The notes beneath the pieces were generated by a model. It was not told where the DNA came from and made no database searches. It saw only the letters and a list, made by a program, of their open reading frames with translations. DNA of 64,000 nucleotides from an uncultured Dehalococcoidaceae bacterium (GTDB lineage: Bacteria > Chloroflexota > Dehalococcoidia > Dehalococcoidales > RBG-16-60-22): positions 136,267-200,266 of the forward strand of contig CAZCOB010000001.1 in assembly GCA_964500415.1 (NCBI GenBank), in the 5' to 3' direction. Shown here in pieces: positions 17,838-27,155 of the stretch. The translations under genes were made by a program, and so were the position numbers. The first letter of the stretch is position 1, and every line of letters begins with the position of its first letter.

Positions 17838-20225
17838 ATGGCTAAAAAGAGAACGCCCGTAAAAAAAATACCCCCAAAAGATAAAACCGGAGCAAGAAAG
17901 AAGGCGGGCAAGCAGCCTGCGGAATCTACGCTGGGCGCATTCCTGCGTTTTTTAATGTCGACTCCGATGCGACAGCTCATCATGACGGTTATCATCGTGG
18001 TTCTCCTGTTCGTGTTCCGGCAAAGTTTATCTGATTTCTTCGATACCCTTCGTGAGTTTTTCGGCTGGGGTCTTCTCTTTATTTTTGCCGCCATCGTTGC
18101 AATTATAACGATGATATGGCGGCGCAATTTCGGCACGCTGTTCCGCAGGTGGAACCGGTGGCTGGGTGGCATCGCCTTCGTCCTCGCCGTCTGGGGCATC
18201 CTGGGGGCTGTTGATTATACCAACGAGTATATGGAAAATGGGTTGGGCGGAAGCTTCGGGCGTGAAATTATTGATTACGAAAACTGGAATATCATTTATG
18301 CGCTGCGTATATTAGCCCTGATTATTATAGGTATTTTGTTGGTAGCTCCAAAACAAAGCTGGCGGGCTATCGGGCGGTTCTTCTCCTGGCTGAACGAGCA
18401 GTTAAAGAGGCGACCGGCCCCGGCGCGTACCGCCAGACCGGAAGCGGACCAGCCGGCGCACCGCGCGCTTCATCCCCGCACGCCGGTTGAAAGCAAACCG
18501 CCCCTGCCCAGGGTGATGGAGGAGCCGGTAATGCCGCCGGAAGTGGTCAGTTCACGGAAGAGGCTGGAAGAACTGGCGGAAAAAGCCGCCGCTTTAAGGC
18601 CGGATGCGGATAAGCTTACGGATAGAAAAACTGCTGAAAAAGTGGAGCCGCCTCCCCGGCAGGAGTTGCGGCAGGTGGCCGAGGACGTCTGGAAAAAATA
18701 CGGGCAATCATCCGACCTGGAAGTCGTTGGCGGCTGGCGTTTGCCGCCTATTGATATCCTGGACACCTCTCCGGAAATCCAGTTCAGCCAGGACCAGAAT
18801 ATGCAGCGGGCCAAGCTCATCGAGGAGACACTTGCCAGCTACAATGTCGATGCCAAGGTTGTGCAGATTAACGCCGGCCCCACCGTGACGCAGTTCGGCG
18901 TGGAACCCGGCTGGGACAGGAAATTTAAGGAAGTCAAGGAAAGAGACCGGGACGGCAATGTAAACGTGAGGCTGGAGGAGGTATCCAAGACTAGGGTTAA
19001 GGTGGAGAGGATTAGCTCGTTGGCTAATGACCTGGCGCTGACCCTCGCCGCGCCTACCATCAGGATTGAAGCACCGGTACCGGGAAAAAGCTTTGTCGGC
19101 ATTGAGGTGCCTAATATGACCTCGGATATGGTCAGCCTGCGCGGTGTGGTGGAGACCGCCGCTTTTCAGAAACTGCGCGCCAAGACGTCGATGGCGCTGG
19201 CCCTGGGCAAGGGCGCCGGCGGGGAGGCCGTTGTTGCCGACCTTACCAGGATGCCCCACCTGCTGATTGCCGGAGCCACGGGCAGCGGCAAGACCGTCTG
19301 CCTGAATACCATCATCTGCTGCCTGCTCACGAACAATGTTCCCGATGATGTCCGCTTTATCCTCATCGACCCCAAGAGGGTCGAGCTAACGCAGTATAAC
19401 AGCATACCCCATCTGGCCACTCCGGTTATTATCGATACTACTAAAGCTATATCTGCCCTGCGCTGGCTTTTGCAGGAGATGGACCAGCGTTTCCAGAAGT
19501 TTACCAACGCCGGGGCGCGTCATATAGAGGGCTACAATAAGGATAGACAGGGTAGTCAAAAGCTGCCTTACCTCGTTTTAATTATCGATGAGCTGGCCGA
19601 TTTGATGATGGCCGGCTTCGACGAAGTCGAGAGCAGCCTGTGCCGGCTTGCTCAGCTGGCGCGTGCCACCGGCATCCACCTGGTCGTGGCGACACAGCGT
19701 CCCTCGGTGGATGTGGTTACCGGCCTTATCAAGGCGAACTTCCCCACGCGTATCAGCTTCGCCGTTACCTCGCAGGTGGACTCGCGGACCATCCTCGATG
19801 GTGCCGGCGCCGAGAAACTCCTGGGCGCGGGTGATATGCTCTACATGCCCACCGAGGCGGCCAAACCCAAGCGTCTCCAGGGCTGTTTCCTCTCCGACCC
19901 CGAAATAGACCGTCTCGTATATTTCTGGGGTGGCCAGCAGCAGGGAGAGCCTGACAGGCTGAAGATGGAGACGCTGATAGCCACGGCCCCGACCGGAACC
20001 ATCGGAGGACATCCCCGCGACCCGCTGCTGGAACAGGCCAGGGAACTGGCCAGGCAGCACGATAATATCTCCACCTCGTTCCTGCAGCGCCGATTGCACA
20101 TCGGCTATCCGCGTGCCGCTCGTCTCATGGAGCAACTGGAGGCGGTGCTTCAGCAGGAAAGCCAGGCAGAAGACGAGGTGGTAGAAGACGAAAATGGGGA
20201 CGAAGAAAAAGACATACTTGAATAA
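17838..20225 (+). CDS. ftsK: DNA translocase FtsK/SpoIIIE
   Basis: 795 aa. N-terminal TM segments, Pro-rich linker, Walker A GATGSGKT, C-terminal gamma wHTH (LQRRLHIGYPRAARLM). Confidence 0.9.
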   Translation: MAKKRTPVKKIPPKDKTGARKKAGKQPAESTLGAFLRFLMSTPMRQLIMTVIIVVLLFVFRQSLSDFFDTLREFFGWGLLFIFAAIVAIITMIWRRNFGTLFRRWNRWLGGIAFVLAVWGILGAVDYTNEYMENGLGGSFGREIIDYENWNIIYALRILALIIIGILLVAPKQSWRAIGRFFSWLNEQLKRRPAPARTARPEADQPAHRALHPRTPVESKPPLPRVMEEPVMPPEVVSSRKRLEELAEKAAALRPDADKLTDRKTAEKVEPPPRQELRQVAEDVWKKYGQSSDLEVVGGWRLPPIDILDTSPEIQFSQDQNMQRAKLIEETLASYNVDAKVVQINAGPTVTQFGVEPGWDRKFKEVKERDRDGNVNVRLEEVSKTRVKVERISSLANDLALTLAAPTIRIEAPVPGKSFVGIEVPNMTSDMVSLRGVVETAAFQKLRAKTSMALALGKGAGGEAVVADLTRMPHLLIAGATGSGKTVCLNTIICCLLTNNVPDDVRFILIDPKRVELTQYNSIPHLATPVIIDTTKAISALRWLLQEMDQRFQKFTNAGARHIEGYNKDRQGSQKLPYLVLIIDELADLMMAGFDEVESSLCRLAQLARATGIHLVVATQRPSVDVVTGLIKANFPTRISFAVTSQVDSRTILDGAGAEKLLGAGDMLYMPTEAAKPKRLQGCFLSDPEIDRLVYFWGGQQQGEPDRLKMETLIATAPTGTIGGHPRDPLLEQARELARQHDNISTSFLQRRLHIGYPRAARLMEQLEAVLQQESQAEDEVVEDENGDEEKDILE

Positions 20226-20442
20226 CGGCCCGATAATAAACGAAAGGCCGACTAAAGTTTCCGGCGTTTCAATAGTCAAGAGGATATGGAACCGTTTCCT
20301 CGATGCTATAGCCTGGCTGACCCAGGACCAGTCCAGGATAACAAAGAAAAAGAGCCGGCGGGAAATCGACTATATAAGACTTCGTGGCATTAATAAATCG
20401 TAACTTTTATCCCGGGTATTATAAGCAATAAGGAGGTCGTGT

Positions 20443-21342
20443 ATGTATGACAGGATAATGGTGCCGCTGGATGGTTCGGAACTGGCCGAGGTAACGCTGT
20501 GGTATGCCGCAAGGCTGGCCGGCAGGCTGAACGCGGCACTTACCCTTGTTTACGTTTCGTCGCCGGATGAACTGACCTCGCCGCATATGCATGAATGTTA
20601 TCTCAGGGACGTCGCCGCCAGGGTTAATACGGAAGCTGACAAGACCGCCGCAGATACCAAAGGCGGAGATATTAAGGTGAATTATGAAATGCTGAAAGGT
20701 GACCCCGCAGAAGAGATAATCGATTATGCCGACAAGGCTAAAATCGACCTTATAATCATGTCAACTCAGGGTAAGTCCGGAATCAAGCGCTGGCCGCTGG
20801 GCAACGTGGCGAATAAAGTAGTCGGCGCTACCCGCAAACAGGTGCTCCTTATCAGGGCTAAAGGGCTGAAAACCGACGTATATAAAGGCAGTCTGGAAAA
20901 GGTGCTCGTACCCGTCGATGGCTCCAGGGAAAGTGAATCCGTACTCAGGAGCGTTGCCCACCTGGCTACCCAGCTTGGTTTAGAAATTACTCTTTTACAC
21001 GTTTGGGCGGGGGTAATTGATTCCTATCCCACCAAGGAAACGGTAGAAAGGGAACAAAAAGAAAGATTACAGGCTAAAAACTATGTTGACAGGCTCGGAG
21101 CAAGGCTGCAAAGCAAGGGAGTAAGTAACCGTGTCGTTTTCAACGATTCATCATATGGCAGCGCGGCCGAGGAGATAATTAAGCTGGCGGAAAAAGGGAA
21201 ATACAGCATGGTGGCGATGGCCACACACGGCCGGTCAGGGGTCGGACGCTGGATATTCGGGAGCAATGCCAACAAGGTCCTGAACGAAGGCAGCACGCCG
21301 CTTTTGCTCGTCAGGCCGCCCAAGCCCAGGAAGAAAGCCTGA
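20443..21342 (+). CDS. Tandem universal stress protein (two USP domains)
   Basis: 299 aa. Two repeats each ending in a G-x2-G...GS..NKV-type motif. Confidence 0.8.
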   Translation: MYDRIMVPLDGSELAEVTLWYAARLAGRLNAALTLVYVSSPDELTSPHMHECYLRDVAARVNTEADKTAADTKGGDIKVNYEMLKGDPAEEIIDYADKAKIDLIIMSTQGKSGIKRWPLGNVANKVVGATRKQVLLIRAKGLKTDVYKGSLEKVLVPVDGSRESESVLRSVAHLATQLGLEITLLHVWAGVIDSYPTKETVEREQKERLQAKNYVDRLGARLQSKGVSNRVVFNDSSYGSAAEEIIKLAEKGKYSMVAMATHGRSGVGRWIFGSNANKVLNEGSTPLLLVRPPKPRKKA

Positions 21343-21948
21343 TCATAAATACCCGAACTCCCAGAATACCGCCACCACGATAGCTACCGACAGGAGCCCG
21401 CCGGTAATTACCTGCGCCGGCGAGTGTTGCTTCAGACAGATTCTCGCCCAGGCAACCGGCGGCAGCAGCAGTATCGTCAAAGCTCCGCCAGGACCGAAGA
21501 CAATGGTTATAACGGTTACCGAAGCGGACATGAAGGCGGTATGCAGGCTTATCTTCCAGAAACGGTTTATCGCCATGTAGATGAGTATCGCCGCCAGGCC
21601 GGCGGTGAATGTAACCGATAGCAACTTCGGGGCGGAGAAATACCACATCACGCCGCAATCGATTGCTCCCAGGATGCTTGCCAGGACGTAGATTCTGTTT
21701 CGCTGGTGGCGGGGATTTACGAAAATGCCCTCCAGCTTTTTCCACCTTACCAGGGAGATAACGATTATGAAAATTGGTATCACACTGAGAAATATCGATA
21801 TTAACGCCCACTTAAGGGCTTCCGAAGCACTGGCGGTCGATTCCACCGCGAGAAGTATTATCACGGCGAAGCTTAGCAGGAAAGGGTTCAATATATTCGA
21901 GATGAGACCGGCCAGTTTTTCTCTCATTGTCAGCAAGGTTTTGTACAA
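21343..21948 (-). CDS. Polytopic membrane protein, PAP2-like phosphatase
   Basis: 201 aa, ~6 TM. SLHTA and RICLKQHSPAQVITG resemble PAP2 motifs 2/3 (SRx5Hx3D), with Gln where Asp is expected. Confidence 0.5.
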   Translation of the reverse strand: MYKTLLTMREKLAGLISNILNPFLLSFAVIILLAVESTASASEALKWALISIFLSVIPIFIIVISLVRWKKLEGIFVNPRHQRNRIYVLASILGAIDCGVMWYFSAPKLLSVTFTAGLAAILIYMAINRFWKISLHTAFMSASVTVITIVFGPGGALTILLLPPVAWARICLKQHSPAQVITGGLLSVAIVVAVFWEFGYL

Positions 21949-22003
21949 GTATAATAATCTATACTAACCTATTAACCTGTATATAGGCAAAAAACGGGGG
22001 TTA

Positions 22004-22651
22004 ATGAAAATGACTTTCCTCGTAAACGACGCAGATATCAGCGTAGAGACCATGCAGTTGGGCCCGTACGGTACCAACGCCTATATCGTTGCCTGTCAGC
22101 GGACGCGGGACAGTATGGTGGTGGATGCCCCGGCCGATGCGGATAGAATCATCGCAAGCCTGCAGGGTACCAATCCCGTATCTATACTGTTGACCCACGG
22201 ACACTCCGACCATACCGGCGCTCTGGCCGAATTGAGGTCGCGGTTAAAAGTGCCGGTGGCGGCTTATCATGCCGATTCCCGCTCGTTGGAGACGCCGCCG
22301 GAGATGGCCTTAATTGACGGCGATATCATATCGCTGGGGAAACTGAAAATAGAAGTTCTGCATACGCCGGGTCATACGGCGGGCAGCCTGTGTTTCAAAG
22401 TCGGCAAATACCTGCTTTCCGGCGATACGGTTTTTCCCGGCGGGCCCGGTAAGACATGGTCGCCGGATGATTTCAGGCAGATTGTGGATTCCATCACAAA
22501 GAAGATACTGCCACTGCCCGAAGATACCCTGATTTGCCCCGGACACGGCGAAGTGACCACCGTGAAAAAGGTTAAAGAAGAATACGCTGTATTTGCCACC
22601 CGCTCCCACAGTCCCAACCTCTGCGGCGATGTCCTCTGGCTTTCTCCCTAG
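22004..22651 (+). CDS. MBL-fold hydrolase (glyoxalase II-like)
   Basis: 215 aa. LLTHGHSDHTG, HTPGHTAG. Confidence 0.85.
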   Translation: MKMTFLVNDADISVETMQLGPYGTNAYIVACQRTRDSMVVDAPADADRIIASLQGTNPVSILLTHGHSDHTGALAELRSRLKVPVAAYHADSRSLETPPEMALIDGDIISLGKLKIEVLHTPGHTAGSLCFKVGKYLLSGDTVFPGGPGKTWSPDDFRQIVDSITKKILPLPEDTLICPGHGEVTTVKKVKEEYAVFATRSHSPNLCGDVLWLSP

Positions 22652-23340
22652 TATCGCATCTCGATACGGTGGAAGGCTTCGGCCAGTTCGAATTCCTCGC
22701 CCTCGGCATTCATCATGGCCCAGTCACGCATTCGCGTACGCATTTCCGGAGGTATATCCCCTACCTGGCTTTTATGACATCCCAGGGCAGCCAGCTTGGT
22801 ATCGAAGGTGTCCGTAACATCCAGATGATAGTTGATATCGTCGGAACCCCAGAACCACATTTCCCTGACTTTATGGGGTTCGAGTCCTTCGTCGAGTAGC
22901 TCGGGATAGGAAAGGTGGTCTCTGGCGTACGGGAAAACGGCATCGAGGGTTACCAACCCGGTGATGCGGTGGTCGCGGTGCCACATGTACCTGCGATACG
23001 GGTCCGCCGTCACCACGGCGAACGGGCGGTACTGCCTTATAACACGCACAAGTCTTCTTCTGAACTCATCAGAATCTTCGAGGCCCTGGTCGGAGTAGCG
23101 CAGAAAAACGACGTCGCTGACGCCCAGTAGTTCGGCGGCAGCCAGCTGTTCCTGCTCGCGTATTTTTGCCAGTTCCTCCGGCTTCACATTCCTGTCGCTG
23201 GTACCCTTATCGCCGTTGGTGCAAACCACGTAAACCACCTTCTTCCCCTCCCGGGTAAGACGGGCGACCGTACCCGCCACGCCGAACTCGGCGTCGTCGG
23301 GGTGTGGCGTTACCACCAGTAAATAGGTCTCTTTATCCAT
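22648..23340 (-). CDS. PIG-L family N-acetylglucosaminyl deacetylase (MshB/BshB-like)
   Basis: VVTPHPDDAEFG and HRDH motifs. ATG 23340 (MDKETYLLVV) preferred over the track start 23406. Confidence 0.8.
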   Translation of the reverse strand: MDKETYLLVVTPHPDDAEFGVAGTVARLTREGKKVVYVVCTNGDKGTSDRNVKPEELAKIREQEQLAAAELLGVSDVVFLRYSDQGLEDSDEFRRRLVRVIRQYRPFAVVTADPYRRYMWHRDHRITGLVTLDAVFPYARDHLSYPELLDEGLEPHKVREMWFWGSDDINYHLDVTDTFDTKLAALGCHKSQVGDIPPEMRTRMRDWAMMNAEGEEFELAEAFHRIEMRY

Positions 23341-23442
23341 GCAAGTGTAAACTCCTTGATTAAGGGTGGACGTTATAATTGTATAACATTCATTGACTTG
23401 GTACAATTATAATGAATACAGCGAGAGGTCTTCGATTCGGCT

Positions 23443-24354
23443 ATGGCTGACCCCCCTTACAGTATCAGGAATTACCGTCCCGCCGATTTTAATTTTTTCG
23501 TCCTGCTGTACCGGGAAGCCGAGCGGCAGGAACCCATCGGCAGGCCGGCCACGCCTCAGTCCATCATGGAAAAGCTGTCCCATCCCGCATTTTCTCCCGA
23601 ACATGATTTATTCCTTGTCGAAAAGGCCGGCGAAATCATCGGCTTCATGGATATACTGCCGGAGCTGGATATTAAGCGGTTGATAGTCGACGCCTGGCTG
23701 CGGCCGGAGCACCGACGGAAAGGACTGGGTAGGAAGCTCCTGAAATTAGCCGTACGCCGCGCCGGTGAACTGGGTGCCGTTGTCCTCCACGTTAACGTTA
23801 GTGAAGATAATACCGTCGCCAAAAACGTGCTCTCCAGGCTGGGATTCGAGCGCGTCCGGCGCTACCTGAAATTGGGTCTGGACCTGAGCAACTCGTACAC
23901 GCGGGAATTAAGCAACGCTTATGGCGAATGCCGCCACCTGCGCGAAGGCGAGGAGGCAATACTGACACAGGTACAGAAACGCAGTTTCGCCGGGCAATGG
24001 GGCTACAATCCCGATACCGTAGCGACGATTGCCTATCGCATCGGCCTGAGCCACCGCTCCCCGGGGGATACCGTCCTGGCCTGCGAAGAAGACGAGGTTA
24101 TCGGCTATTGCTGGACGGAGGTAACCTCCGGCGGAGATGGCCGGATATATATGATTGGTTCCGACCCTGACCATCGCGGTCGGGGCATCGGCAGAAAATT
24201 ACTGCTGGCCGGACTGGCCCACCTTAAAAACGTGGGTGTAAAAGACGTCTGGCTAACGGTAGATGACGGGAACAAGGCAGCCCTTTCTCTTTACGAATCG
24301 ACCGGATTCAGGTTGCTTGAGAGTTACCTCTGGTACGAAAAATCGGTTGTTTAG
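23443..24354 (+). CDS. Two-domain GNAT N-acetyltransferase (MshD-like architecture)
   Basis: 303 aa. Two acetyl-CoA motifs, HRRKGLGRKLL and HRGRGIGRKLL, one in each half. Confidence 0.75.
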   Translation: MADPPYSIRNYRPADFNFFVLLYREAERQEPIGRPATPQSIMEKLSHPAFSPEHDLFLVEKAGEIIGFMDILPELDIKRLIVDAWLRPEHRRKGLGRKLLKLAVRRAGELGAVVLHVNVSEDNTVAKNVLSRLGFERVRRYLKLGLDLSNSYTRELSNAYGECRHLREGEEAILTQVQKRSFAGQWGYNPDTVATIAYRIGLSHRSPGDTVLACEEDEVIGYCWTEVTSGGDGRIYMIGSDPDHRGRGIGRKLLLAGLAHLKNVGVKDVWLTVDDGNKAALSLYESTGFRLLESYLWYEKSVV

Positions 24355-25583
24355 GCCACCGGCGCCGCGCTTCTGTCCAGTACCCGGCGCAGTTCCCCGA
24401 TTATCCCCCCGGATATATTCGTCCAGCTGTACGCACTTACTGATTCTCTGGTAGCGAGCGCTAACGCCATATCCCGCGGGGGCTTTGATAAAATCGAGGT
24501 TATCTTTTCGGCGAGGTTCCGGGGCGCATTATCGGCAATGATGTATCCTGTTTCGCCCTGTCTGATAATATTCCTGAGGTCGCCGACATCCGTGGCTACC
24601 ACGGGCGTGCCGCAGGCTAAAGACTCCAGGGATACCAGGCCGAAGCTCTCATAATAAGAGGGCACCACGCAGACATCGGCGGCGCTGTAGAAATCCGGCA
24701 GATGCTCCTGCTTCACCATGCCCTGAAATGTAACTCTGTCCCGTATTTTCAATTCCGCAGCCAGTTTCAGTAATCTGTCTATTTCACTCCGGCTGTACTC
24801 GTCGCCGCCGATTATCACCAGTCTCAGGCTCTTAAAGTTATCCAGGTACGGCACGGCCTTCAAAAGCTGGTCAACTCCCTTCAGCGGGTCAATCCTGCCG
24901 ACAAACAAGAGGACTTTTTCATCGGTAAATCCCAGCTTTTGCCTGGCGATTATTCTCTCTAGAGGCTGAAACATCTCCATGTTGACGCCGCAGGGCACGA
25001 TGCCGACTTTCTCCGGGTCGCCTCCGTAGTGTCGTATCAACTCTTCCTTTTCCCGCTCCGTGGCAACGATAATTCTCTGACAATCATCGACGGCTTCCCT
25101 TTCCGTGACGATGCGGAGTTCCGGAGCATCCTCGCCGATGCCGATGGCGTTTTTCACGGCGCCCAGCGTGTGAAACATGATAACATGCGGCACCTGCCAC
25201 CACTGTTGCAGGTATTTACCCACCCACCCGGAAAGCCAGTAGTGACTGAAGATAATATCATACCGGAGTCCGTTGTCTTTTCGGTAATTCTCCAGTTTGC
25301 AGGTAAATTCGGGCAGGCAGGAATACACCGCCAGTTTGTGTATCTTCTTTTCCTCCCCCGCCTTGAGGTGAACAAGCCGCGCCCGCTGACCCAGGTCATA
25401 AATCTGGGAGTCGGCGGGGTCATGAGTGCGGGTATAGACATCCACATAATGTCCCTGTTTCCCCAGTTCGTAGGCCAGTTCCCGGATATATACGCTCATG
25501 CCGCCGGTATCCCTGGCCCCTAGGTCGCCTACCGGGCAGCTATGGGCGCTCAACATGGCAATGCGCAATTTTCTCTCGTCCAT
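24351..25583 (-). CDS. GT4 family retaining glycosyltransferase (MshA / sucrose-phosphate-synthase-like N-terminus)
   Basis: 410 aa. AMLSAHSCPVGDLGARDTGGMSVYIRELA, and C-terminal ESFGLVSLESLACGTPVV (E-x7-E). Confidence 0.85.
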   Translation of the reverse strand: MDERKLRIAMLSAHSCPVGDLGARDTGGMSVYIRELAYELGKQGHYVDVYTRTHDPADSQIYDLGQRARLVHLKAGEEKKIHKLAVYSCLPEFTCKLENYRKDNGLRYDIIFSHYWLSGWVGKYLQQWWQVPHVIMFHTLGAVKNAIGIGEDAPELRIVTEREAVDDCQRIIVATEREKEELIRHYGGDPEKVGIVPCGVNMEMFQPLERIIARQKLGFTDEKVLLFVGRIDPLKGVDQLLKAVPYLDNFKSLRLVIIGGDEYSRSEIDRLLKLAAELKIRDRVTFQGMVKQEHLPDFYSAADVCVVPSYYESFGLVSLESLACGTPVVATDVGDLRNIIRQGETGYIIADNAPRNLAEKITSILSKPPRDMALALATRESVSAYSWTNISGGIIGELRRVLDRSAAPVA

Positions 25584-25605
25584 CAGTGTTCCGGCGTTTC
25601 CCCCG

Positions 25606-26586
25606 TTATGCTATGGTTATCTGGCATCGATACAGAGGTACCTCCTGACCACCCAGGCGATATTTATACGTTTCCGCACCTTTAAGAAAGTCCCATTTCT
25701 TCTTACCCTTTTCAATACTCTCTTTAAGACAGAGAACTTTACATAGCAACCCCACGCTTAAGTAATTAAAACGCGGGTCATAAGCGCTATTATATAAGAA
25801 ATGTGTATTTTTATAATCAAAGCCTATGGTCATAGCGGCTGGCTGGTTGTCCAGCTTGATAATTCCGAACCTCAGCAGCCCGATATCTCCCATCGTTTTG
25901 GCAAAATACTTAAAAAATGACTTCATCTGCGGAGTCATAAAATTAGCTTTCTCTTCCCGGCTCCTCGGAAAGAGATTAAAGAACATATCTAAAAAATCGT
26001 CAACTTCCTGCCCGCTCTCAATACAGCGGTGTTCTACATTGCCCGCCTCTCCTAAACGCCTCAACTTGCGCTTAACTTCGTGTCGCTGCTTGGTATTTAA
26101 TGTTGCTAAATATTCGTCCCAGGAAGGCGGTAAGTCCACTTCAAGAGAGATATCCTCCTGTGTATTTAGGACTTTATAACCCCTTTCAGTCGCTATATTT
26201 ATCAGGCTCGTAAGCACGGTTGAATCGGGGCGTACGTGCTTCAGGTCCAGCGATTTTACGTTATTCTCTCTCAAATCATCCAGCAGGATGCCGAAGAAAT
26301 CGTCCTCCCTGCCGGACACCACCACGAAGTCCTGATAGTCGCAGACATCAGTATTGCCGATGAAAAAGGCTGTTTCCCCCCTGACCATCAGCGGAGCGAC
26401 GCCGATTATTTTCTCTCCCTGCCGTACCGTGCGTATGGAGAGTTCGTTACCGGAACCGAATATTTGCCACCAGACCTGCAACCATGCCGGTAAAACGAAA
26501 ACGGAAGACCAGTTGAGAGCTTGCCTTGAGTCGTTCCAGTATGAGTTTAGTTTATCCAGGTTATCATCGCTGACGATATAACTCAT
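25606..26586 (-). CDS. FemAB/CelD-like GNAT-fold protein (BioF2-like acetyltransferase family)
   Basis: 326 aa. C-terminal half (FNLF...LYNSAYDP...YLSVG...W..FDFLKGAE.YKYRLG) matches my memory of the Acetyltransf_6/CelD family. Confidence 0.6.
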   Translation of the reverse strand: MSYIVSDDNLDKLNSYWNDSRQALNWSSVFVLPAWLQVWWQIFGSGNELSIRTVRQGEKIIGVAPLMVRGETAFFIGNTDVCDYQDFVVVSGREDDFFGILLDDLRENNVKSLDLKHVRPDSTVLTSLINIATERGYKVLNTQEDISLEVDLPPSWDEYLATLNTKQRHEVKRKLRRLGEAGNVEHRCIESGQEVDDFLDMFFNLFPRSREEKANFMTPQMKSFFKYFAKTMGDIGLLRFGIIKLDNQPAAMTIGFDYKNTHFLYNSAYDPRFNYLSVGLLCKVLCLKESIEKGKKKWDFLKGAETYKYRLGGQEVPLYRCQITIA

Positions 26587-26753
26587 CTGCCTACGATATA
26601 GTCTAACACTTTACCTATAGCGGAGTAAAAGGACTATTGTCACATGATAACATTAAATCCGGATGTAATTTGACAAAGAAACGTGTATAGGCTAGTCTCT
26701 TAACAGCCAAAAGCGATACCCGTGCATTAAATATTAAAAGAAAGAGGTAGAAA

Positions 26754-27065
26754 ATGGCCAAGCAGATTATTCTTTATAATCTGGCGGAACACGTCACCGA
26801 TGAGCAGTACAAGGACTATGTCGTTAATGAAAAGGGGCCGCTGCTGGACAGCCTGCCGGGGGTTAAAAAGTTTGAAATGGTGAGGATAACGGGCTCGATG
26901 AAGGGTGAGATACCCTATAAATACGTCGGCATCCTGCATGTGGAAGATATGGAGAAATTTGCCAAAGAAGCTATGCCGTCAAAGAAATTCCAGGACTTCG
27001 GCGCCAAGTGGAGCACCATGGTGCAACCGGACTTCCAGACCCTGACGGGCGAAGAAATATATTAA
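26754..27065 (+). CDS. Small alpha+beta (EthD/Dabb-like) hypothetical protein
   Basis: 103 aa. RBS AGAGGTAG upstream; the fold assignment is a guess from the sequence pattern. Confidence 0.5.
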   Translation: MAKQIILYNLAEHVTDEQYKDYVVNEKGPLLDSLPGVKKFEMVRITGSMKGEIPYKYVGILHVEDMEKFAKEAMPSKKFQDFGAKWSTMVQPDFQTLTGEEIY

Positions 27066-27155
27066 ATTAGCTACACAATTAATTTATCAAGCGAAAGAAT
27101 TATCTACACAACCGTTAAAGCTGTTTTTTTTATTATACAGTAGGGGGAGATAATT

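Noticed and set aside
20194-20403. 69-aa basic ORF overlapping the 3' end of ftsK and filling the ftsK-usp gap.
   Set aside because: There is no RBS, it overlaps ftsK by 32 nt, and it resembles no family. It could be real but is not supportable from sequence alone.
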